From the NCBI RefSeq assembly GCF_006345805.1, contig NC_042999.1, positions 13,640,001 to 13,704,000 on the forward strand: 64,000 nt of DNA. The letters run 5' to 3'. Below, piece by piece: positions 46,887-57,607 of the stretch. A model generated the notes under the pieces. That model did not search any database. It saw nothing but the letters and a program-made list of their open reading frames with translations, and was not told where the DNA came from. This stretch comes from Octopus sinensis (lineage: Eukaryota). The translations under genes and the position numbers were made by a program. Each line of letters starts with the position of its first letter. Positions within the stretch are counted from its first letter, which is position 1.

Positions 46887-49800
46887 TATATATCATCATC
46901 ATCATCGTTTAACGTCCGCTTTCCATGCTAGCATGGGTTGGACAATTTGACTGACTGGCGAACCGGATGGCTGCACCAGGCTTCAATCTCGATCTGGCAG
47001 AGTTTCTACAGCTGGATGCCCTTCCTAACGCCAACCACTCCGAGAGTGTAGTGGGTGCTTTTTACGTGCCACCGGCACGGGGCCAGTCAGGCAGTACTGG
47101 CAATGACCTCGCTTAAATCTTTTACACATGTCACCGGCACAGGTGCCAGTAAGGCGATGCTGGTAACGATCACGCTCGAATGGTGCCCTTTTACGTGCCA
47201 CTGGCACGGAGGCCAGATAGCCACTCTGGCAACAGAACTAAATCTTTCATGTAAACACAAACAGACTGGAGACTAAGATAAATTTGATAAGCTTTGATTG
47301 TTGCTTTATATTTCACAAAAATCAACCGTCATTTGTCATAGCATGCAACATAGACTCCATAACGTCACAATATAAAAAGATAAAGTATCTAGACTAAATG
47401 ACCTAAGAACTGCTTTTAAGCTAATTTGATTGATTATTTTCATGATGCAGATTTGTTCAGAGCTCACAGCTGAGACACTCAACAACAACAACAACAACAA
47501 AAACCTCTGCAACAGCAACAACAAAATAAGTCTAAAAATTCTTTCTCGTTGGTAAAGACTTCTCCAGACACACCTGAGAAGCCTGCACACAAAGAAAACA
47601 TTGTTTTAGCTTCTTTGATGGACAGCTAATTGATTATCGTACACAGCAACACCAATTTGGTTCATAATTTAATTGGCAATTATCGAAAGAAAGAAAACAC
47701 ACCAATTTTCAAATAACTGAATGAATAGAAACGATAAATCTATGATTTCATATAAGAGATAAAAAAACATACATTGTCCCATACTTAGTATAAAACAAAG
47801 GTTAGGACTACAGCCATTAAAAAAAATTCTAACAATAGTCATACACCCACTCAAAGAATAAATTCTATACATTGAAAGAAATAATTTATGGCATAAAAAG
47901 GAAGGGAAAAGAGAACAATAATAATTCAGGTGCCAGACATTTTTCTTGATAGATATATATTTTTTCAAAGTCCATTGTTTAAAGTACATTGTTCAAAGAC
48001 CATTGTTTAAAGTACAGGTTTTAATGAGAGATGGACCATGCTCACACAACTTGGGTTTCTTTGAATCATCCAAAGACCTCAAGTAAGGTATAAAATGGTA
48101 GTGATTCATCAATTAAATATGGTTCCTCATTAAACTTGAGTTTTCTTTTAGCATCATAGGTGCAGATGTGGGTGTGTGGTTAAGAAGTTCTCTTCCCAAC
48201 TAGATGTTTTAAGGTTCAATCCCACTGTATGAAAACTTTGTGTAAATGTCTTCTGCCACAGCCTCCTCAGTAGATCTGGCCTACAGAAACTGAAAGGAGC
48301 CAATTATGTGTGTGTGTGTGTGTGTGTGTGTGTTTTTGTGTGCGTACTTTTGTGTGTGTGTATGTATGCAAACATGCTTATGTGTATGTGTTTTTGTGTA
48401 CATGTCTGTGTGTGTGTATGTGCACACGTATTTGTGTGTGTGTGTGTGTGTCCGTCCCCTAGTGTTGACATTGTTAGATAGTTATAAATGAATGAGACTA
48501 TTGTACAAGCAGTGTCATTCATTTCAACCTTCCTTGAAAACATGTTTGTTATGAGGAAAATATTACTGTGGCGGGGACTCAGTGTAGGTTGGTAACATGA
48601 AGGGCATCCAATAGATTCTGTTTAACCCATGCAAGTATGGAAAAGGGGACATTATGATGATGATAATGGATCTTACAAATTGAAACAAAATATATTTGCA
48701 TCATCATCATCGTTTAACGTCGGTTTTCTATGCTAGCATGGGTTGGACAGTTCAGCTGGGATCTAGGAAGCCAGGAGGCTGCACCAGGCTCCAGTCTGAC
48801 CTGGCAGTGTTTCTACAGCTGGACGCCCTTCCTAACGCCAACCACTCCATGAGTATAATGGGTGCTTTTTATGTACCACTGGCACAGGGGTGAGAGAAGG
48901 CTGACAACGGCCACAATCAGTTGGTGCTTTTTACATGCCACCAGTACGAAAGCCAGTCAAGGTGGCGCTGGCATCAACCATGATCGGATGGTGCTTTTTA
49001 CGTGCCACCAGCATGAAATTTATCAAATAAAATTCATAAAAACATTAAATTCTAAAGAGTTTATTTGCAGTGTGCCTCCCTTAATACAATAAAGAAAAAC
49101 ACCATGCAAGAAGGTTTTAGGCAGAGAAACATAAAATTATGTTAATGTTATAAGGCTGTCTTGTAAACTTTGTGTAAATATCTTCTGCCACAGCCTCCTC
49201 AGTAGATTTGGTCTACAGAAACTGAAAGGAGCAAATTTTGTGTGTGTGTGTGTGTCTGTGCATGTGTGCGTGCACACGTGTGTGTCAGTGTGTGTGCGTG
49301 TGCACACATGTTTGTGTGCATGTGTATGTTGCACATGTGTGTTTTTGTGTGTGCGTATTTTTGTGCATGCTTGTGTGTGTGTATGCACGCATGCTTATGT
49401 GTGTGCGTGTGTGTGTTTTTGCCACTGTTGTATCTGTCTTTTGTATGATGGTTGTTGCTCTCACAGATATTGTTATATCTGGCATTGTATGACTCCCAGG
49501 AACTTATTTTTCCATGTGCACATATTACCTAAGGTAGTGAACTGGTAGAATCATTAGCACACCAGGCAGTATTTCATCTGTCAGTATGTCCTAAGTTCAA
49601 ATTCCACTGAGATTGACTTTGCATTTCATCCTTTCAGGGTCGATAAAATAAAGCACCAATTGAGCACTGGGGTCGATATAATCATCTTACCCTCTCCCCC
49701 AAAATTATTGACCCTGTTCGAAAATCTGAAACCAATATGTATATAATACCTGGCTGGAATTGAACTTGGAAACTATATTACTAAGTTAACCGCAACCACC

Positions 49801-50350
49801 TAGCCTTGTGGATAAACACAGTATTGACAGTTAAGAAAGAAGGCTTTTTTAACCCCTTAGCATTCAGATTGTATAGACAAATGTAATGTTTATTCATAAT
49901 GTTTTGAATTAATTATGCATTATCTCATAGCTTTAAGATTTTGATGAAGTCTTTATTTATTCTTAGAATGACATTGTAGTGTATGCATGAGAGGCCAGAT
50001 CTGGTTGATTTGAACATAAAACAGATAGAATATTTGGGCCAGATATGACTAGTCAAAATGCTAAGTGATTAATTTGAACCCAGTTAGGTCTAGATCCAGG
50101 AACAAGCTGCCTCAATTAACTTAGTTTCAGTCATGCAAGCTTGGAAATGTGGACATCAAAACAATGATTTTTATAAAGTCTTCGTCTTTATAATAAGCTT
50201 AAGACAAAAACTAGTGCATTAAGAACAAACTCCTTTAAGACACAATACGTTAGAGACATGACCATGTCTCTCTGACTGTTAGAAATGAAATGAACCCATG
50301 ACTGTACAAGACTTGCAACTAATGATGCTCTGATACTCTACTTCACAAAA

Positions 50351-50742
50351 TCTCTCTATATATAAAGCTGAAGTTGTCTGTGTGTGGCAGGTTTGGTAGC
50401 CTTCAACTAACACTATCTCCTCCGAGACCCTGCGGCGCAAGTTGACCAAAATTGAGAGTATGATAGAAGAAGGCTTGCTCTTCCTTACGTAGAAGAAAAA
50501 ATTCAAATCGGACCATGTTAGGACCAAAAATTATTTACATCAAAAAGGTGCTTTTTTTCTATGAAAATTCTTTTTTTTTAAAGATTTTTTGACTGCTGTG
50601 TCACATTTTTCGGTGTATTTCAACCAGAAAAATGTTCAATTAAAGAGAATAACAAGCTACATAATACAAAATTTTTACTTTTCAAAAATTCCAATTCTAA
50701 AGGGTCGAAACAAACCCGAGCAACGCCGGGTGATACTGCTAG
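50351..50742 (+). mobile_element. Non-autonomous Helitron, copy 2
   Basis: Highly similar to 12172-12566 with the same termini: A|TC ... CCCGAGCAACGCCGGG ... CTAG|T. Confidence 0.85.
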
Positions 50743-51069
50743 TGTGATATAAAATGTAAATGAAGCTACAAGAGAAGATTAGAAAGCTCTAAAAATGTAG
50801 AATCAAGCCAAGCAACATCTGCAAGCAAATGTGGAGACTACTAACCCCCTTCATCACCATGTTTCTGTTTAAATACATTACTTTTTGTCTTTGTTAGGTT
50901 TGCTTTTATAAACTTTGATTCTAGACTCCATTTTCATGTTTGGATTGTTTCATCTAATTCTTTGATTTGGCATCAAGAAAAAGTGTGCCAGCATATAAGA
51001 ATTCCCATAGACAGGCAATGTTGAACTTATGAGTATCCAATGTGAATTTGGTCAATTGGTAAAAGTTAC

Positions 51070-51815
51070 CACCAAACAATGGTTCACTTCCTGGACATAA
51101 CTCTAGACCTAAAAATGGACAAGTACTACCCTCACAGTGAACCCAATGGGGAAACTGTGTATATCCACAGAAGTTATAACCACCAGCACCCCCACTATAA
51201 TTAGAAACCTAATTTTAGGCATTAGCAGAAGCATCTCTAAACTTTCAGCTAATAAAGAGATCGTCAACAGGGCTACACTTGCTATTAGAACAAGGCATTT
51301 ACAAGGATTAGATTCACTGAGAAGTTAACATATAAGGAGGAACAAATCCATTCCCAAAGAGAATCAGAAAGAAGAGAATCTGGTTCAACCCCCACCCCCA
51401 TTTACTCAAGAAGTTTCAATCAACAAGCTAAGAACTTCCTGTCATTGATCAAAAAGCATTTCCCTAGAGGTCATAAGTACTATAAGTTTTTCAATCCACA
51501 CAATGTCAAGGTTAGCTACTCCTGCTGAGGAAACATTGTTTCTATCATTGCATGCTACAGTAGACATAAGTATACACCTACACAGCCTCCAATCCAAGCT
51601 TGAAACTTCCAAAACCCTACCAGCCACCCTATGGGAGGATCCTGCTCCTTAACAGCTGTAGTCTACAGAACCACCTTCACACTGTCCAATGGCATCACGC
51701 GGCATTACACAGGCATGACAACCAAAGACTTCAAAGGATAATATACACAACATATGTACTTCCTCAGATATAGAGATAGGGAAAAACTCCACCTCCTTGT
51801 CCTGCCTTATCTAGA
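51070..51815 (+). mobile_element. Decayed Penelope-like element (RT thumb plus GIY-YIG endonuclease)
   Basis: VHFLDITLDL (51082), PTIIRNLILGISRSISKLSAN, IWFNP (51378), KVSYSC and VVYRTTFTLSNGITRHYTGMTTKDFKG*YTQH (GIY-YIG equivalent), with many stops and frameshifts. Confidence 0.8.
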
Positions 51816-52314
51816 TACTGTGTGAGCACCAGAAGGATTCCACCAACATTCTGTCCAGCCATGTGGTCCAAGACATACAGACCGAGATTGCTATTTGATG
51901 ATGATGATGATATTTCAATACAAATATCAACAACACCATGTGAACCTGACAAATAGCAGCCCAATTTTCAGTAGCCATTTTGAACTTCCTCCATCTCTCC
52001 ATTCAGTCGCCTAAGCCAGATAAGTTGGGTTCATACGACAATCCAATAAAACTAAGCTGCACAGAGCCAAATCAATCTATTATTAAATCATCATCATCAT
52101 CATCATCGTTTGACGTCCACATTCCATGTTAGCATGGGTTGGACGATTTTGATTGAGGGCTGGCGAACCAGATGGCTGCACCAGGCTCCAATCTGGATTT
52201 GGCAACCTGGTGCAGCCATCTGGTTCACCAGCCCTCAGTCAAAATCGTCCAACCCATGCTAGCATGGAAAGTGGATAATAATTAATGATGATGATGATAA
52301 ACCTTGCTAGTGAC

Positions 52315-53250
52315 AGTTAGGAACGAGAAAGAATTGAAAGCAAAGAAAAAAGGAAAAACAAAGGAAGAAGTACAAAAAGGGCATGAAGAAGAATTACACA
52401 AGGGACTACACAATCAATTCCATGCAGCCACAACAGAAGTTACTGGAATAAATAGGTGGGATTGGCTGATGAAAGGAATCTTAAAAAAAAAGAGACCAAA
52501 AGCACTATAGTGGCAGTGCAGGACCAAGCTTTGGCCAAGAACTGGAGGGTCAACCTTAGGAATGAGCAAGTGTTTCCGTTGTGTCGCATCTGCAATAAAG
52601 TGGATGAAACTATTGCCCACATCGCAAACGAATGCCCTAAACTTGCCCGGAACCACTACAAGTTGTGGTGACACGACCAGTTAGTGAAAGTGCTACACAG
52701 GAAACTGTGCAAAAAATGGGGGCTAGAGAGAGGCAAGATGTGTTATGAGCACAGACAGCAGAGAGTGGCAGAGTCTGAGACTAGCAAACTCCTCTGGGAT
52801 TTCCCAATCCAAACAGATCAGGTGCTAGGGCATAACAGACTGGACCTAGTGGTGGTGGACAAGGTGCATCACAAATGCTACATAGTTGATGTTGCATACC
52901 CCTTTGATCCACACATAGTCAAGAAAGAAGGCAAAAAGATAGATAAATACAACCCGCTTACGTACGAAAGAGCCCAGCTATGGAAAATGAAGAAGGTGAA
53001 GATAAGGTCAATTATTGTTGGGTCATTGGGAACAGTATCAGAAGGGGTCAAGAGGAATATAAAAGAAACTGGGATAGAGTGTCCAGTAGAACTGTTACAA
53101 AAGGTTTGCCTCCTTGGCATGGCCAGAATAATTAGGTAAGTATTAGACAGCTGAAAAGAACAGATAGCATGGTACCATAGGCTGCAGGTAGTAAGCCTGC
53201 TGTGCATGCAAGGCTCCAGGAGCTCCAACAAAACCTGAGATAAAGAGATG
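52315..53250 (+). mobile_element. 5'-truncated R4/Dong-clade non-LTR retrotransposon (CCHC knuckle plus RLE endonuclease plus 3' UTR)
   Basis: CRICNKVDETIAHIANEC, LLWDFPIQTD..NRLDLVVVD..VDVAYPFD..KIDKY and IIVGSLGTV..QKVCLLGMARIIR, with one frameshift and in-frame stops. Confidence 0.9.
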
Positions 53251-53405
53251 ATAATATGTATATCTATTGATCTGTCTATATTTATATATGTATATTTATA
53301 TATATATATATGAGCACACACGCACATCCCCTCTGTACCACCACGTATATTCTCCAACTGTTCCCTGTAGGTAGGTCCCAATGCATCTCCAACACCATCT
53401 ACTTC

Positions 53406-53832
53406 AGTTCTATATTTAAGAGATGAGGAATTATGTACATTATTTACATTATTTAGATTTGATGGATATTTGTCCTCATCTTGTCTGTTGTTAACACAAC
53501 GTTTTGGCTGATATACCCCCCAGCCTTCATCAAGTGTCTTGGAGAAATTTCAAACCTGGGTTCTCATTCCTAAGGTATTTTTCAATGTTATTATTATTAT
53601 TATTATTCAGGTCACTGCCTGGAATCGAACTCGGAATCTTGGGGTTAGTAGCCCACGCTCTTAACCACTTCGCCATTCCAGGCAGTGACATAGAAAAATA
53701 CCTTAGGAATGAGAACCCAGGTTTGAAATTTCCCCAAGACACCTGATGAAGGCTGGAGGGTATATCAGCCAAAACGTTGTGTTAACAACAAACAAGATAA
53801 GGACAAATATCCATCAAATGTAAATAATGTAT
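53406..53832. mobile_element. tRNA-headed Penelope/hammerhead-tail element, copy 2, with inverted partial duplicate
   Basis: Minus copy 53406-53675 (A box TGGCGAAGTGG, B box GTTCGATTC) plus an inverted copy 53676-53832. Flanking direct repeat CATCTACTTC at 53396-53405 and 53833-53842. Confidence 0.85.
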
Positions 53833-55493
53833 CATCTACTTCTTTCTCTCCTTTCTTTTTCAACCAAGGAATTATCTCCTCTATAGTAAGAGGCCTACCT
53901 CTATCCTGCTATTATATTTTAACTACTCAACTGGCACAAAGTCACTTCCCTCAGTATAACTCCATCTTCTAGTCAAGAATTCTTTGTCTTGCAAGTTACT
54001 TGGCGACCTCAACAGTGCTGGTGCCACATAAAAAGCACCCAGTACACTCTGTAAAGTGTTTGGCATAAGGAAGGGTGTCTAACTGTAGAAACTTTGTCAA
54101 AACAGACAATGGAGCTTGGTGCAGTCCTCTGGCTTGCCAACCCCTGTCAAACTGCCCAACTCATGCTAGCATCATGATGATGGTGATGATGATAGAAAGT
54201 GAAAGAGTCGCAGGCATGACTGTACAGTAAGAAGCTAGCTTCCTAATCACATGGCTCTAGGTTCAGTCCCACTGCATGGAACCTCTGTAAAGTGTTTTTG
54301 TCCTATATCCTCAGGCTGACCAAAGCTTTGTGAGAAACTGAAGGAAGCCCACTGTACAAATATGTGTATGTGTGTGTGCTTGATAACTTGTGTTGGTGTG
54401 TTTACGTCCCCAAAATTTAACAGTCTCTGTAAAGAGACTGATAGAATAAGTACCAGGCTTTACGAAGAAAAAGGGAAAATAAGTGATGGGATTGATTCAT
54501 TCAACTGAAAATTCCTGAGGGTGTTGCCCCAGCATGGCCGCAGTCTAATAACTGAAACAAGTAAAAAATAAAAGATTTGTTCCTCCTTTCACTATTCATC
54601 CCTACAACCTTCTCTTACTCTCTTCTCCCACAATAATCAATTTATCTGGCCACCCACCTTGATTCTTTGCCAATATTCTCTCTTATACTCACCTGCTTCT
54701 ACCTTTAGAGTATACTTTGATACCTTACCACTACCATTATTGTCTTCTTTCTAAGGCAGTGAGCTGGCAAAAAAGTTAGCATGCTGGACAAAGCGCTTAG
54801 CGGTATTTTGTCTGTCTTTATGTTCTGAGTTCAAATTCCACTGAGGTTGACTTTGCCTTTCATCCTTTCGGGGTCAATAAATTAAGTATCAGTTACGCAC
54901 TGGGGTCAATGTAATCGACTTTGGCCTTGTTTGTCCCCTTTATGTTTAGCCCCTTGAGGGCAATAAAGAAATAAGAAATGTTAGCACACCAGGCGAACCG
55001 CTTAGCGGTAGTTCGTGTATTCTCAGTTCAAATTCCGCCAAGGTCGACTTTGCCTTTCATCCTTTCAGGGTCAATAAATTAAGTACCAGTTGCATACTGG
55101 GGCTGATCTAATCCACTCCCCAAAAATTTTGGGCCTTGTACCTAGAAAAGAAAAGATTATTGTCTTCTTTGTAGCTACTCCCACCTACCCTTATGTAATC
55201 CAAGGTAGCCATGTATCTCTTCTATTGCAAGACAACAGAGCCCTCTCACTACCATAGTTTAACCTCTCAACATATGTATGCATGCACGTGCAAGCATGTT
55301 TATGTATGTCTCTCACTGCTGGATAACCAGTATTCTGTTTATTTATGTCTCAATAACTTAGTGGTTCAACAGAAAGACACTAATAAATTGAATACCAGAC
55401 TAAAAATAAATAGTGGGCTTGATTTGGTCGACTCAACCCTTCAAATAAAATATCCTTGTATAACCTTAGGTTAATGATAGAAGCAAGCAAAAG

Positions 55494-56183
55494 GGATCTT
55501 TACCTTTTGACCTACAGATTTAAGAAATAATTTTTTGTAACTAAACACTTTCAAACTTCAGACACTGATAGAATGTGTCATATAAAACATCTTTTACTCT
55601 TAACTTATATTTACGAAGTAATTTCACGTTAAAGTAGTCCTATTTCAATAATTTCAACCAATCAGTGACGTGTATTCAGCTGAATAATATTACTGCCATT
55701 GTTTGTCAATAACAACTATCAGCGGTGTATTTTCCATTTGTCACTGTTATTTATGACATAGTTCATGCGTTTGTACTGGTTTTAGCTTTGAGGTTTTAGG
55801 GTTAGGGTTAAGGTTAAGGTTAGGGTTTTAGGGTTAGAGTGTTAGGGTTAGGGTTTTAGGGTTAGGATGTTAGGGTTAGGGTGTTAGGGTTTTAGGGTTA
55901 GAGTTGTCATAAATAACACTGACAAACGAAAAATACACCACTGGAAGTTCTTGTTGACAAACAACAGCAGTAATTTTATTTAGTTGAATACATGTCATTG
56001 ATTGGTTGAAATTACCGAAATAGGACTACTTTAACGTGAAATTACTTTGTAAATATAAGTTTTTCTCAAAAATGCTAAGAGTAAAAGATGTTTTATATGA
56101 CACATTCTACCAGTATGCGAGTTTGAAAGTGTTTAGTGACAAAAAATTATTTTTTAAATCTGTCGGTCAAACGGTAAAGATCC
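55494..56183. mobile_element. Foldback DNA transposon (long TIRs, 8-bp TSD) with a degenerate (TTAGGG)n core
   Basis: TIR arms 55494-55758 and 55905-56183 start GGATCTTTACC. Exact TSD AGCAAAAG at 55486-55493 and 56184-56191. Telomere-like repeats occupy about 55793-55903. Confidence 0.9.
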
Positions 56184-57574
56184 AGCAAAAGAATAAAAGT
56201 ATACACACATGCATGCATATATACACACATGCATGCATATATACATACATTACAGATACACATATGTATATATACATGCTTGACCGCATACATATAGAGA
56301 TTCATAAATGCATTTGGACATACATATGTTCATTATATACATAAACACATACTTGGAGGTACAAATGAGATTAAGAACACTCAAATGCAGTAGAGTTTAT
56401 TTAGGGAAGCATCTGTAACTCTACTCAGAGTTTTAGGGTATGTATTATTGAGGGGACAAAAAGATGAATCCCCAAATTGTACCTGATAATATTTTCTTTA
56501 AAAATAACAAAAAAAAAGCATGTGAATACACAGAATTATGTGGTTTGAGATGCACAATGACTGAACAAAAAATAGGGGACAGTTACAACCCCTTCGATAC
56601 CCGATCTGTTCAATCATGAGTAACCTTGGGTTATACAGCCGCTAAATTAGTTATACACGTACACACAAACCTATTCATGCACAAAGGTAGTGAGCAAGCA
56701 TAATTGTTAGTACGGTGGATAAAATCCTTAGTTGCAATTCTTCCAGTTCTTCAGATTCTGAGTTCAATTCTCACTGAAGTCAACTTTGTCATTCATTCTT
56801 TTTAAAGTCAATAAAATATAGTATTTCTCAAGTACTGGGGTTGATGCTGTTGACTCATCCTGCCCCTGAAATCATCAGCCCTCTACCAAAATTTGAAATG
56901 ATTATTAGAATTCTTATCACACCAACAATTAACAGTGGCTCCAAATTTTGGCACAAGGCTAGCAATTCTAGGAGGAGGAAGCATATATATGTACGAGTAT
57001 TTGTCATCATCATCATCATCGGTTAACGTCCGTTTTCCATGCTAGCATGGGTTGGACGGTTTGACCGGGATCTGGGACACCAGGAGTATGCACCAGGTTC
57101 CAGTCTGATCTGGCAGTGTTTCTACAGCTGGATCCCCTCCCTAACACCAACCACCCCGTGAGTTTAGTAGGTGCTTTTTACAAGCCACCGGCACAGGGGC
57201 CACAGGAGGCTGGCAATGTCCACAATCGGTTGGTGCTTTGTACGTGCCACCGGCATGGATGTCAGTCAAGGCAGCGCTGGCATCAGCCACGTTCAGATGG
57301 TGTTTTTTACATGCCACCGGCACGGGTATCACAACTACAATTTCCTTTTGATTTTTATTTTGATGTTGATGTACTTGACTCAATAGGTCTCCTCAAGCAC
57401 AGCAGGCCACCCTACCATCCAAGGTAATCACAGCAGGCCGTCCTGCGATCCAAGGTACATTGGATGGGCTGGAGCTGCTATGTGAAGCTGGTGCAGGAAA
57501 CAGCCAGGAACTTACATTATTTGTCGGGTCTTCACAGTCACAGCATATCTCCAGAGGTCTCGGTCTTTCGCCAT

Positions 57575-57607
<33 letters not shown>

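Noticed and set aside
47336-47582. Upstream PDE exon after the strong acceptor ttttctttgtgtgcag
   Set aside because: No frame resembles the expected GAF-B start (FEEQ..CERC..LLV) and no convincing donor follows. That exon probably lies beyond 64000.
55793-55903. True chromosome end or telomere fusion site
   Set aside because: The repeats are short, degenerate, single-orientation and enclosed by TIRs with a TSD inside an intron.
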